Assembly (NCBI GenBank): GCA_943704415.1 | Contig: CALSCO010000670.1 | Span: 1-43,897 of the forward strand | Source of the DNA: Parvularia atlantis | Lineage: Eukaryota | Length of the DNA stretch: 43,897 bases | Direction of reading: 5' to 3' | Part shown: positions 1 through 10,909 of the stretch, in pieces | Position numbering within the stretch: the stretch's first letter is position 1 | Layout: each line of letters starts with the position of its first letter | Notes under the pieces: generated by a model | Databases searched by the model: none | Seen by the model: only the letters and a program-made list of their open reading frames with translations | What the model was told of the DNA's origin: nothing | Translations under genes and position numbers: made by a program

Positions 1-1152
1 GCATGCACGAGCGGGCGGCTCCCGGACGGGACGTGCTCGACCCAGTCGTCGCTGCCCTCGCGCAGGCCCGTGATCTGCCGCCCGCGCTCGGTCTGCGTCA
101 CTGCGACGGTCCGTCAGCAACGGCCAGCGGCGCACTGGCCGCACGCACAGGCCTCCCACGTGCGCCGCACGACGTTCTTGGCGCCGACGACGATAGGCGT
201 CTGCGCCGGGCCGCGTGAGCACGTGGAGAGGGCGCCACTGACGCGACCTGGACGCACGCGCATGAAGCCCGGCTGGATTGACACGACGGCGATGCCCCAC
301 GGCTTAAGCTCGCGGCGGAGTGCGTCGCTGAACGCTGGTGTGCAACCGTGTGAGCACATGCACACGCACACGCTCGCTGGACGCGCGCACCCTGCGCGGC
401 ATGCTTCGAGCCGGCGTACGCCGCCATGCCGTGGATGCTCAGGAAGGCCTGACCGTGCGCGGCCAAGTCAGCAGGGAGGCGGCCGCAGTGTGCTGTGCAG
501 ACGCACGCAGACGGAGGTGATGTTGATGATGCGGCTGCGGCCGGTGTTTTTGCGCAAGGCGGGCAGCAGCGCCTTGGTCATGGCGATCATGCCAAAGTAG
601 TTGACCTGGCGCGGCACACATGTGAGGAACGACTGCGTGTGTGCCGCGCGGGCCGGCGCGCCTCCATTGTCGCGCGGAAGTCCTTCATCGTGCTCCAGTC
701 GATCAGCGAGCCGCTGTTGATGCCGGCGTTGTTGATGAGCCCGCTGCGACAGCGGCGGCGTGAGTGCGTCGGGCCGCTGCAGCGTCACAAGCTCGGCGCG
801 CACTGGAGGCCCTGCGGGCACTCGCGCTCGACCAGCTGCGCGGCGGCGGCCACGTCGGCCTCCTGCGTCACATCGAGCTGGAACGCGTGCAGCAGCTTGC
901 TCGCGGCCTCGGTCTGGAGCGACGCCGCGCCGTCGGCCGTGAGGCAGCCCGCAAACACGTGGTATCCGAGTCTGCACAGCGCGATCGCGGTGCTGCGGCC
1001 AAAGCCCGTATCGCAGCCCTGGCGATCGCGGCGCTCAGCGCACCGGAGCGCAGCGGCAAACCGCGCACCGTCACGAGCACGGCCGCGCCGGCCGGCGGCA
1101 CGGGCCGCTCCTTGACGTAGAGCACGCGGAAGACCGACAGGATCAGCCCCAT
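1..1152 (-). CDS. Short-chain dehydrogenase/reductase, retinol dehydrogenase/17beta-HSD/BDH1-like; multi-exon, 3' end outside the window
   Basis: Spliced translation gives VLVT|GCDTGFG (TGxxxGxG), LINNAG, VNYFG, IINITS and catalytic YAGSK, then AFSDALRRELKPWGIAVVSIQPG; ATG at 1152. Confidence 0.9.
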
Positions 1153-1371
1153 ACGCTCACCGGGTAGATTTTGATCTATATACTGACTGCTACAGCTTAT
1201 ATAATATGGCGGGACTGGCAACCCCGCGCGCTCTTCGCGCGGCAGCACGCCGTCGCCGTCCGCGTCGCCCTCGCCAACTTCGGGCGCGTCCTCGGCCTGC
1301 TGCTCAGCCGCCGCTGTCGCCGTCGCACTCCTCGCAGTTGTGACCGCGCTGCTGTGACTACTGCGTGTGTA

Positions 1372-1628
1372 CCCCTGAGTACAAATTGGATGAGAAACAA
1401 CATTCAGTTCATTCACGTTCATTCAACATCCACAGGAAAGGAGTCAGTACCTGTCCGTGTTTCAACAGGAGCGCACCTTTTGCTTCGGGGTATAGGCCCT
1501 AGTTCAGAGCCCGATCCGGGTCGGACACGGTGTGCAATGTGTTCCTTGCCGGTGATCTTGTGAGTGAGGGAAGGCTGCACGAATGGTCAGCGCGCGATCG
1601 CCGGGCATGCCGGCGCGCCAGACAGACC
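1372..1628 (-). ncRNA. Putative Fanzor omega-RNA scaffold A; guide would be the flank starting at about 1371 and reading leftwards
   Basis: Lies between the Fanzor stop and the element end. Hairpins include GGGCUCU/AGGGCCU (1494-1512) and GGAUG/CAUCC (1388-1431). Conserved in the 43660 copy and homologous to 2340-2535. The 5' boundary is unknown. Confidence 0.7.
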
Positions 1629-1958
1629 TTAGTTGCCACGGCGGAAGGCGGCGGGTCGCTCAAGGCCGGGCATGTAGCACTTCCACAGGTAGGCGATGTT
1701 GCGCGCAGCGTTGACGTCCCTGTTCCACGACCACGAATGATTTACACTTTTGCAGTGTTTCGTGGAGTGAAGGGACGGGTGCTGGCGCATCGCGGAGTGA
1801 CACTGGCAGCACGTCGTCGCGTGCTCGAGCGAACGGTGGACGGACATCGTGACGGTCGAGTGCTTCGCCTCCGTCTCCTGCCAGTGGCCCTCCAAGGCAT
1901 CTGGCCCTCCTCCACCGCCGTCGCCGTCGTCCGGACCCTTCTTGCGCTTGGGCGGCAT
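1629..1958 (-). pseudogene. Internally deleted Fanzor ORF (109 aa): NLS plus N-terminal strand fused to Zn finger and RuvC-III
   Basis: MPPKRKK (NLS-like) ... HSTVTMSVHRSL | EHATTCCQCH ... HCKS ... WNRDVNAARNI ... ERPAAFRR. WNRDxNAAxNI is the TnpB/Fanzor RuvC-III signature. REC, most of WED and RuvC-I are absent. Confidence 0.88.
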
Positions 1959-2180
1959 TGGGCGCCGCGCTCGCGCTATGGCAGCTGACTCGGATGAAAA
2001 TGGTTTGTTGGAGTGATCCTTCGGGAGAGCGACGACGGCGTTTCGCCTGACACCTGGTCCGGCGAGCGGGTCTGGCCCACCCACCCACCCTCTTCTGTTC
2101 GTTTTTCAGTTGGTTGTTTTCTCGTAACTCATCTCTCTCTGTGTGTGTGGTCGAACCCGGATGGCTGAGAGCCACTTGAA

Positions 2181-2303
2181 CACTGCCAAAGTATCTGACA
2201 TTGGACGTGGAATGGCGACGTGAACGCTGCCCGCAACATCGCGTACCTGTTCAAGGCGCACATGGCGGGCCTCGAGCGACCTGCGGCCTTCCGGCGGGCA
2301 TGA
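2181..2303 (+). pseudogene. Second, divergent Fanzor C-terminal remnant (subfamily B), not in the ORF track
   Basis: Translation from 2181: HCQSI*HWTWNGDVNAARNIAYLFKAHMAGLERPAAFRRA*. It aligns with copy A (HCKSVNHSWSWNRDVNAARNIAYLWKCYMPGLERPAAFRRGN*) and has an in-frame stop at 2196. Confidence 0.88.
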
Positions 2304-2535
2304 TCTCAAGTTCGACATAAGCAAATTACTTGCGGGAAGGCACCCGGCCCGTGTATCGGGTTCTGAAAAAAGGACCTATACTTCGTAGCAGGTGCGTTCC
2401 GACGTTCGCTGCGCGCCATGCATGGCTCTGGCTGACGTGTCGCCCGCTCTGCACCCGATTGTTGAATCATGAATGGGCCCGGGCCTTGAACCGTTGCGTG
2501 AACGTGAATTGTTGCTTCTCATCGATTGTGTAGGG
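2304..2535 (+). ncRNA. Putative Fanzor omega-RNA scaffold B
   Basis: Follows the remnant's stop codon. Shares blocks with scaffold A (ATCGGGyTCTGAA..AGGrCCTATAC..AGGTGCGyTCC; TGAACGTGAAT..TTCTCATC) and ends GTAGGG|TA. Confidence 0.65.
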
Positions 2536-2550
2536 TAGGCAGCGAATGGC

Positions 2551-3300
2551 TTAGGAGGGGCCCGCAGCGACCAGCTTGACCACGCGGTCGCCGTGGTCAG
2601 ACACGACCTCGTCGTGCAGCACGCGCAGCCCCGCGCGCTCGACACTCGCCCGGAACGCGTCCTCGTACGTAACCGCACCAAAGTCGATTGTGGTGACATA
2701 CAGCAGCAGCGGCTTGATCGTCTCCATCAGCCACGAGCGCTCGCGCTGGAAGCTCTGCGTGAAGTAGATGACGCCTGCAAGACACTCGCCTCAGCCCCGC
2801 AACCCCCCCCCCCCCCCCCCCACGCGCGCGCGCACCCTCAGGCTTGAGCAGCGACACGGCGTGATGCAGCGTCCTCACGGGGTCCGGCAGCAGCATGAAA
2901 CTCCCGCTAAAGTACACGGCGTCGTACGGCCCGCCGTGGTGGTCCAGCTCAGACTCGCAGCGCGCCTCGACGTGCTCGCCCATGCCGGCGGCGGCGATCA
3001 GCTGCTGCGCACGCTCGACGTAGGCCGCGTCAATGTCGACACCGACAAAGTGCAGCCGCTGTCGCCGGATCATCTCGGCATGGGTCAGCAGCGCCGCGCC
3101 CGTCCCTGCGCCCGCGCATCAGCCGCGTCCCGAGCGTGCACCGCGAGCGCGCGCGCACCGATGCCCACGTCGAGCACGCGCGCGTTTATCGGCAGACGCG
3201 TGAGCACGCGCTCGTACCATGCCGCGGTCATGTGCACGATCGCCGCGTCGTATAGCCGCGCGCGCGTCGCACCCCACCACTCCCACAGCTGCTGCGCCAT
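2551..3300 (-). CDS. Class I SAM-dependent methyltransferase, uncharacterised; multi-exon
   Basis: RVLDVGIG motif I, FVGVDID, YDAVYFSGSFMLLPDP, LLKPEG|VIYFTQ; TAA at 2551-2553. Confidence 0.85.
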
Positions 3301-3459
3301 CTCTTTGCGCCCACGTCAGCACCGTGTGATGTGCACACAGAGCGAGCGAGCGAGCAAGGGAGCGAGTGCCGTCAGAGTCTTGTCTGTCCTCAGCTGCGCG
3401 ACCTGCGCGCGTGTTGCCGCCCCACCGCCCCTCGCGCCAGCCCCGCAGCGCGCGCACGC

Positions 3460-3463
<4 letters not shown>

Positions 3464-3523
<60 letters not shown>
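3464..3523. repeat. (AG)n microsatellite, about 30 units
   Basis: Perfect dinucleotide run, directly visible. Confidence 0.98.
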
Positions 3524-3526
<3 letters not shown>

Positions 3527-3903
3527 TGTTGCCCGGCCGCTTTCCGCTTGACCCTGGGTGGCTCAAAGGGATCGATCAGGCCAGGCCGGGCGGGCTGTCC
3601 GCGCGCCGCCAGCGGCAGGCGCCGACCGCGCGCGCGCGCGGCCGTGGCTTTACGGTGCGTCGGCGAACAGGCCGCTCGCGAGCACTGTGCGACCAGCGAG
3701 GGGAGAGAGAGAGCGGGCAGCACGCGGGGCGGCAGCGGCGCAGGGCGGGCGGCCACGCAGCGGGCAGAACGGCCGCGCTCGGACCTTTTACGACGTCATC
3801 ACACGGCAGCGGCGCCAGGCGGCAGCGGCGGTAGCTCCGTGACACGCGCACCTTTTTGGCTCGTCGAAACTGCGCACTACCCGCTAGACATCAAAGCACA
3901 AGG

Positions 3904-6900
3904 TCAGCTATACACGGGCGCACTGCGCGTTGCCATGAGCGAGCGCGCGCGGAACTGCACAAGCGACTTGTCGTCCAGCGAGCCCGGCTCGTGCGCGGCC
4001 AGCACGAGCACACGGTCGCCGTGCGCCAGCCGCGTCAGCCGCGTCGGGTTGGTGTAGACGTACGGCTGCGGGTTGCCGTGCAGCTCGGCTGGACGGTAGA
4101 GCGCAACGGGCACGATCTCGTGCCGCAGCAGGTAGCTCGCGAGCTCGATGTACGACGTGTTCTGCGAGCGTGTGGGCGCCGTGTTGGTGCGCAGACGCAG
4201 GCGCACGCGCGCAGGCACGGGCGGCGGCCGCGCACCACAAACTTCTCCGGCACGGGCTTGATGAACAGGTGCGCCGAGCCCGCTTGCTCCGTCATCGACA
4301 GCAGCTGGTTGACCGTCTCGATGATGAACGGCCGGTAGTACTCCTGCACGCGGTTGCGCGTCGGTCCTCGCGCACGCATGCGAGCAGCACCCGCACGCGC
4401 ACCGTGAAGAGCAGCGCGTCGGCCGCCGACGGGCAGTACAGGTTGCCCGAGGCGAAGAACGGGTTGAAGTGGTAGCTCGGGAACGAGCGCACCATGCCCG
4501 TGGCCGTCAGCTCCGACGTGGCCGAGTCATACGCCTGCGCGCGCGCATTGAGACGGCACCGTAGGCACCGCGCGCGCCACCCGCTCGCACGTCGCGGTTC
4601 GACTGCGACCGGTCGATCTCGCGCACGTAGCGCGTCCCGTCCGGCCGGTACTCGATGATCTGCTCCTTGTCGCGCGCGCTCTCGTCGTCGCCCCGGCCCG
4701 CGTCGAAGCGCACGCCACGCTCGCGCTTCCACTGCAGCATGTGCGTGTACCGCACGCGGAACGGCAGCTGGGGGCAGAACGCGCGGGGTCAGCGCGAGGT
4801 CTGGCAAAGCGCCGGGCGCGCGCACATCGGGCCTGTTGAGGTCGATACGCATGCGCGCGATCCGGTCCTCCAGCCCGTCCTCCTCCGGCGCGAGCAGGTG
4901 GAAGTAGTGCACTGCGTCGAGGCGTCAACACGCGCACACGGAGCGCCCGGCGACGCACTGAGCTCCGTGATGATGTTGGCGCTCCGGTTGAGCTCGCTCG
5001 CCAGCTTGCTGATGTACACGACCTCGGCGTCGGCCGTCTCGTCGTACTCGCTGCGGCTGCCAGTCTCTGTCGCGCGGTTCCGGCGTGAGCACTACACAGC
5101 AGCGGTAGCAGTGAGCGCGCACTGTCGAGCAGGATGATGACGGTCGAACACGTCGCGATGCCTGCGCGCTTCAGCACCGACGGCTTGCGGGGCGCGCCCT
5201 GACACGTGCGTCGTTAACCGATCCGTGGGCACGCGAGTGGCCACGCACCAGCACCAGGTACACGTGCTCGAGCGCCTCGATCTCGTTCCACAGGTCCGGG
5301 TCGGGCTCAAGCTCGCTCACAATCACCACGGGCTGCTTGCGGCGCAGGCGCGACGACCGCAGCGGCCGGATAAGCGACGCGAGGGCTGTGCCGCACACCC
5401 TGCGCGTGAGCACAGGCGCGCCGCCCTGCCCGAGTGCGCACAGAGCGACAGGCCGCAGACGATGACGTGCTGCTCAAACTCACCCTCCTGCAGCGGCTGC
5501 GCGCGGGCGGGGGCGCGTCAGCGGGCGGCTGTTGCGCCCTAGGCAGGGCGCCCCGCCTGTGCGAGGATGTCCTCAAGCAGCACGGGCTCGCTCGACGGGT
5601 CAGCCCCGCCCGCGTCCGCCTCGTGCGGCTGGCTGCCCGCATCGAACGTGTCACCCCTGCGCACATGCACCGGTCAGCCACGCGACGGCACACCACGGCG
5701 TGTGCGCACAGTTCAAACGGGTCAGTCAGCGTCGGCGTCGCCGCGGCGGTGGCCGCGCTGGCCCCTTCCGAGCCCGAGTGCGACAGCTGCGAGCGCGTGA
5801 GTGACGCGCAGCTCACGCACTGCGCGTTGTGCACCATGGACGTGCGCGAGCCCTTGCGCGCGAGCTTGCGCTGTATGTTTGTCGGCTCGGATGCGCTCTG
5901 CCGGCGCGCTGTTTAGCCAGCCGCGCGGTCGTGGTGCGCCGCCCGCAACGCACGAAAAAGTCCTTGAGCGGCACCGTGTCGGCCCCGTTCGAGTTCTCGT
6001 CCAGGAAGCCCGCGCCGTCCTGCGACGTCCTGTGCGCGTCGTCAGCACGGCAGCAGTACCAGCGGCGCCGCGGCGGCACGCACGGCTCGTCGGTGTCGTA
6101 GTAGTCGGCCGGGATGGCGTCGCCGTCGTGACAGAGCAGCAGCCCGACGTCGCCCGCCCTCACCGTGTACCCGCTGCGGCGACATCAGAGAAGTTTGAGA
6201 GCACATACGGGTCCGACGCACGTCTCGGCGCATGGCGCGAGCAGCAGCGGCTTGTTGCCGCGCTTGACGGCGACGAGGATCGCACCGTGGTCGGCAAATA
6301 TGGCCAGCGCGGCCGACCAGAACGGCTCGCCCGCAAATGCGCTCGGCATCACAAACGGCACAATGCCGTGGCACGAGCCGTACGCTGCGCCCCCCCGCGC
6401 GCGAGCATCAGATCCGCAACGCAGGCGCACAGACGCAGTCGCGCACCGTACTCCTCCTGCCAGCGCGACGGCGCCGTGTCAACCGGCTGGCGGTATGACG
6501 AGAAGATGTTGGTGATGAACGCCAGCGTGCCCGGTACGAGGCACGTGCGCCCGAGCAGGGCCATCTTGAGGTCCTCGATGCAGAGGATGCGGTCGCACTG
6601 CTGCATCATGGACGTGTCCTGTGCGTCGTGCGCCGCTTAGCACGACGCACAGCAGCAGCGTTGAGGCGCGCGCCACGCACCGCCGTCTCGGCCGTGTGCA
6701 GCTGGATGAAGACGGGCGTCTCGGGCGTGTAGCGCTTGATTGTGGAAGCGTACAGCGCCACGGTGGCGTCGGTCATGGTGGCGTTGTCGTCGGCGGCCGA
6801 GGCTGCGACGATGAACACGGCTGCGTGATGCACGCGCGCGCGCACTAAGCGGCAGCATGCATGCGAGGCCGCGCGACCGCACCTTTGGCCTGCGCCAGTC

Positions 6901-8733
6901 GCGTGCGCTGCAGGTCGACCTGCACAAGCGGGCTGCCCTGCAGGTACGTGATCTTGTCTGTGCGCGGCGGGGGCGGTGAGACGGCGCATTGTGTACGGGG
7001 CGGCACGACGCACGTCGAAAGTAGGCCTGCTCGATGAAGCTCTTGAGCTCGGCCGACGGGCTCGGGCTGGTCGACATGAGCAGGATCTTGGTCCGGCCGC
7101 CGTCGTTGGCGTTGTTGAGCATCTGCGTGCGCACGTGCGGGACGGTGTAAGGTGCCGGTGACGTGCGAGCCGCCGCCGGAGCCGCACACCTCGCGCACAA
7201 AAACGAGCGTGTTCTCGTAGTTGACGTTGCCCAGCACCACAAAGTGCGGCGTCGTGGGCTCGTACGCGCGTTCGTAGATGGTCGCGCGCTTGCTGAGGAC
7301 CTGCTCGCTTGGGTCAGCGGAAGTGCGTGTGCCCACCCCGCCACCGCGCACGCGCCTCTACGAGCCGGCCGGTGTAGATCGGGAGCATGATCAGGAAGAC
7401 GATGATCAGGCACATCATGATCACGCTGCGCCGGACGTGAGCCGCGCGCGCGCCGCCGCCGCCGCTGCACCGCGCACCGGATGGCCGTGTGCTGCGGCGA
7501 GACGTCGCCGTAGCCGACGGTGGACATGGTCACGATGATGAAGTACAACGCGTCGTGGAACAGGCTGATGTCGGCCGGGTTGGCCGGGATGCTGTTGGCG
7601 TCGTAGAAGCTCTGTCGGTGGACACGGGCTCAGCGCGCGCAGCCCCGCCTGGCGCGCGACGCACCTGGATCGCGTTGATGACCGAAGTCGACAGGAACAT
7701 GAGACTGAGGAACGGCAGCGCCAGCAGGCCGACCTCGCGCTGCACCTCTGCGGCTGAGCGTGAGCGCGCGCGGCGCGAGCGCACAGCGCGCACCCGACTT
7801 GGTGAAGTAGAGGATGCGGTCGAAGCGCAGGATACGCAGCGCAGGCAGCACGAGGATGACCTCAAACAGGTTCACGCCGATGAGCGACGGGGGTAGGAAG
7901 AAGAGCGTGAAGGCCGGCATGATCGAGAGGAGGTCGATGATGCTGTAGATCGTGAAGAAGAAGCGCAGCCTGCGCGGCGCGCCGTGTCAGCCGCACGGGG
8001 ATGCGTGGCACGGGTGTGCGCAGCAGGGCGGCACCGGTCCTGCGCCACGAGCATCAGCAGCATGTAGTCGACCATGAAGAAGAACGCGCAGAACATCTGC
8101 AGGGCCTGCAGCACCTGCCCGGCGTAGGCGATGCGGCGTGTGTATGTGCCGACGATGTAGAAGATGAGCGACGCGACGGTGAAGTAGGCCTGGAGCATGT
8201 TCTGCCGCACCCGCGTGGCGTCAGCACGCGCGGCCCGTAGGCGAAGCGCACGCGCACACGCACCCAGTACCGCCCGAGCAGGCTCATCTCAAACACGTGG
8301 CGGATGCGGTCGTTGATCTTGGCGACCCAGCTCAGCTCGGCGTCGATGTACTGCGCGCGCGTGTCGTGGACGGGTGAGAGGGTTGCACGAAGAGCCCGCA
8401 TCCGGGCGACGCACGCGCTCCATTTTCTTGCTCTTGCTGTTGAACCAGCGCAGGAAGCGCTTCGTGGCGCGGAAGAGGATGACGAGCGAGGGGATGATCA
8501 GGAACGGCAGGATCATGACCAGCGCCACCGCGACGATGTCGAGCGCGTCTGCGCGCGGGTCGGTGGAGCGACCAAGCGCAGGTCGGTGGAGCGACCAGGC
8601 GTTGTGCGCGCGCGTACGTGTGAGCAGGCCGCATCGTGCGCGGCTCGCGCGCACCCTCGGGCGAGATGTCGGTCGGCGCCGCCGTCGCGGCCGCCGTGGG
8701 CGCTGCCGTGGGCGCCGCTGTCGTCGCGGACAT
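3904..8733 (-). CDS. Slo/BK-family potassium channel alpha subunit with S0-S6 and two RCK domains; many introns
   Basis: Pore YFIIVTMSTVGYGDVSP; S4 LRILRFDR; RCK1 HFVVLG, YLQGSP..DLQR, CIEDLKMALLGRTCLVPG; RCK2 LIRPLRS, NIITEL, PFFASG. Start MSATTAAPT at 8733. Confidence 0.92.
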
Positions 8734-8793
8734 CCGGAGAGAAGCGCCTGTGTATGATGACGCTTAGGTTATATTTCTAACCGTGGCCCGTAC

Positions 8794-10909
8794 ATGACCC
8801 ACGTGGCGGCCGCAGAGGACGTCGCGCTCGCCCTCGCGCTGGACGAGACCGCGCATGACGAGGCGTCGCCGGCGCGCGCCTGGTCGCTGCTGGCCGCCCC
8901 CGCGCACCTGTGGGCGTGGCTGCGCTCGTACCGCGGCCTGGCCACCGTCTCGTACGCCTACGCCTACGTCATGCTCGGCCTCGTCGTGCGTGGCGCGCGC
9001 GTCGCGTGGGGTGAGCCCTGCCGCCCCCGCGACCCACACGCGCGCGTGCGCCACGCAGATCGCCTCCATCGGCCCCACGCTCACGCACCTCGCCGACCAG
9101 ACCGGCACGCCGCTGGCCGACCTCGGGTGCGCGCGCGCAAGCACTGCACGCGCTGCGGACTGCTTACCCACGCGCCCGCGCCCCGGCAGCTTCCTGTTTC
9201 CGGCGCGCTCGTTCTTCTACGTCATCGGGTCTGGTGCGGGGCGAACGTCGCCCTGTGCGCCGCCGTCACCCGGCTGACGCGCGACGCAGCCGTCGGCGGG
9301 CCGCTGTTTGACCGCGTGCCCGGGCACGTCGTGCTCTGGGTGTCGACCTCGTGCTCGCTCGTCGGCACGGCGCTCATCCCGCTCTGCCCGACCGTGTGGA
9401 CGCTCACGGCATGCGTGGCCTTCCAGGTGCGTGCCGTGCACGTGCGCGCGCACGCGTGGCTGACGAACCCGGGCGCACGCGCAGGGCCTCAGCTCGGGCT
9501 TCCTCGACACGGGCGGCAACGTCGCGCTCGTGTGGCTCTGGGGCGACCTGGTCGCGCCGTACATGCAGGTGCGTGGGCGCCGGCCGACTGCGCGGGCGCA
9601 CGTGCTTAGTGCTTTCGCGGCCGCCCGCAGCTCATCCACTTTGCGTTTGGCCTGGGCGCGTTTCTGTGCCCGCTGTTTGTGGAGATGTCGCTCGAGCTGA
9701 CGGGCACCTACAAGTACTCGTTCTGGCTCTTTGCGCTCATGTACGTGCCCGCGATCCTCTCGTTCATGCTCCTGCGGAGCCCGAAGCCGTCGGGCGAGTC
9801 GGTCGAGCGCATCTCGCGCAAGCGCACGCGGCTCGAGGTGCGCACGCGCGTGCATGGTCACAGTCGGCGGCTCGCGCTCACTCGCCCGCGTCGTCCGCAC
9901 AGATCGGCCTCATCCTCATCGGCGCGCTCATCCTCGCGCTCTACGTCGGCGCCGAGGTGTCGATGGGCGGGTATATCTACAGCTACTTTGTCGAGCTGCT
10001 CGGGCGGTCGGGCAGCGAGGGCGACTTCCTGACGTCGGCATTCTGGGGCTCGCTGGCGGTGTGTGTGCCGTGGCGACGCGCCTGCGCTCGTGGCTGACAG
10101 CTGCGCCGCGCAGTTTGGCCGCCTGATCGCCATCCCGATCTCGGTGTACGTCTCGGCGCGCACGATGCTGATCGTCAACATGGTCTTTGCCGCCGCGAGC
10201 TCGACGACGATTTGGATCTTCACGGGCAACGTCACCATCGTGCGCGTCTCGCGCGCAGGAGCGTCTCGGTGCGGACGCACTCACTGCGCCGGCCCACAGG
10301 TGTGGGTGTGCACGGTCCTCTTTGGCCTGAGCATGGGCTCGACCTACCCGAGCACGCTCAACATGCTCGAGAAGTACGTCAACCTGTCGGGCAAGGTACG
10401 GCTGCGCGCGTGAGCGCGCGGCTTGTGGCCTGACGCGCACGTGGTGCAGATCACCTCCGTGCTCGTCGTCGGCGGCGCGCTAGGCGAGATGGCCGTGCCG
10501 CTCCTCCTCGCCCTCCTTTTCCGTGACGAGAACAGCTGGTCTGACCTCATGGTTGTGCTCAGCCTTGACTCGATCTTCAACCTGGCCCTGCTGTGCCTGT
10601 TCATCTTTGTGCGTGTGCGGGGCTGGCGCGCGCGCGTCAGGTGCTTACGGACGCGCGCAGCTCGGACGCCAGGCACTCGCCGACAGCTACGAGCGCGTGC
10701 AGTCGTCGGCCAGCCTGGCGATGTCGCGCATGGCCAGCGACGCCAAGCTGCTCAACGGCCTGTCGTCGGACCAGCTGGACGAGCTGCGCGAGCTCGAGGA
10801 CAGCGAGCCGAACAACGACGGCCTCGACGACGACGCGTTTGCGATCGGCACCACCGCCAACGGCTACGCGCCCGTCTCGCGGCGAGGCAAGGGCTGGGAC
10901 ATTGCCTGA
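8794..10909 (+). CDS. MFS transporter, MFSD4/FucP-like; multi-exon
   Basis: ASIGPTL..LA, GFLDTGGN, PYMQLIHFAFGLGAFLCP, LYVGAEVSMGGYIYSY, FWGSLAFGR. Confidence 0.88.

Larger units (their letters stand above)
1372..2124 (-). mobile_element. Non-autonomous Fanzor (TnpB-like) element, copy A; left end uncertain
   Basis: Contains an internally deleted Fanzor ORF followed by about 255 nt of non-coding sequence that recurs at 43660-43897. Homology between the copies stops at TA (1370-1371). A candidate left-end TA lies at 2125-2126. Confidence 0.8.

Noticed and set aside
632..642. 11-nt match (ACTGCGTGTGT) between predicted guide A and an SDR intron
   Set aside because: Too short and low-complexity; expected by chance among GTGT/GCGT-rich introns.
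1395..1430. Short TTCA repeats as a CRISPR-like array
   Set aside because: No repeat-spacer periodicity; they are part of the element end.
2803..2821. C19 homopolymer as a functional G-quadruplex element
   Set aside because: A simple intronic run with no other support; its length is unreliable.
2768..4057. 429-aa ORF with a poly-(RE) tract
   Set aside because: It is the antisense shadow of two genes plus the AG microsatellite.
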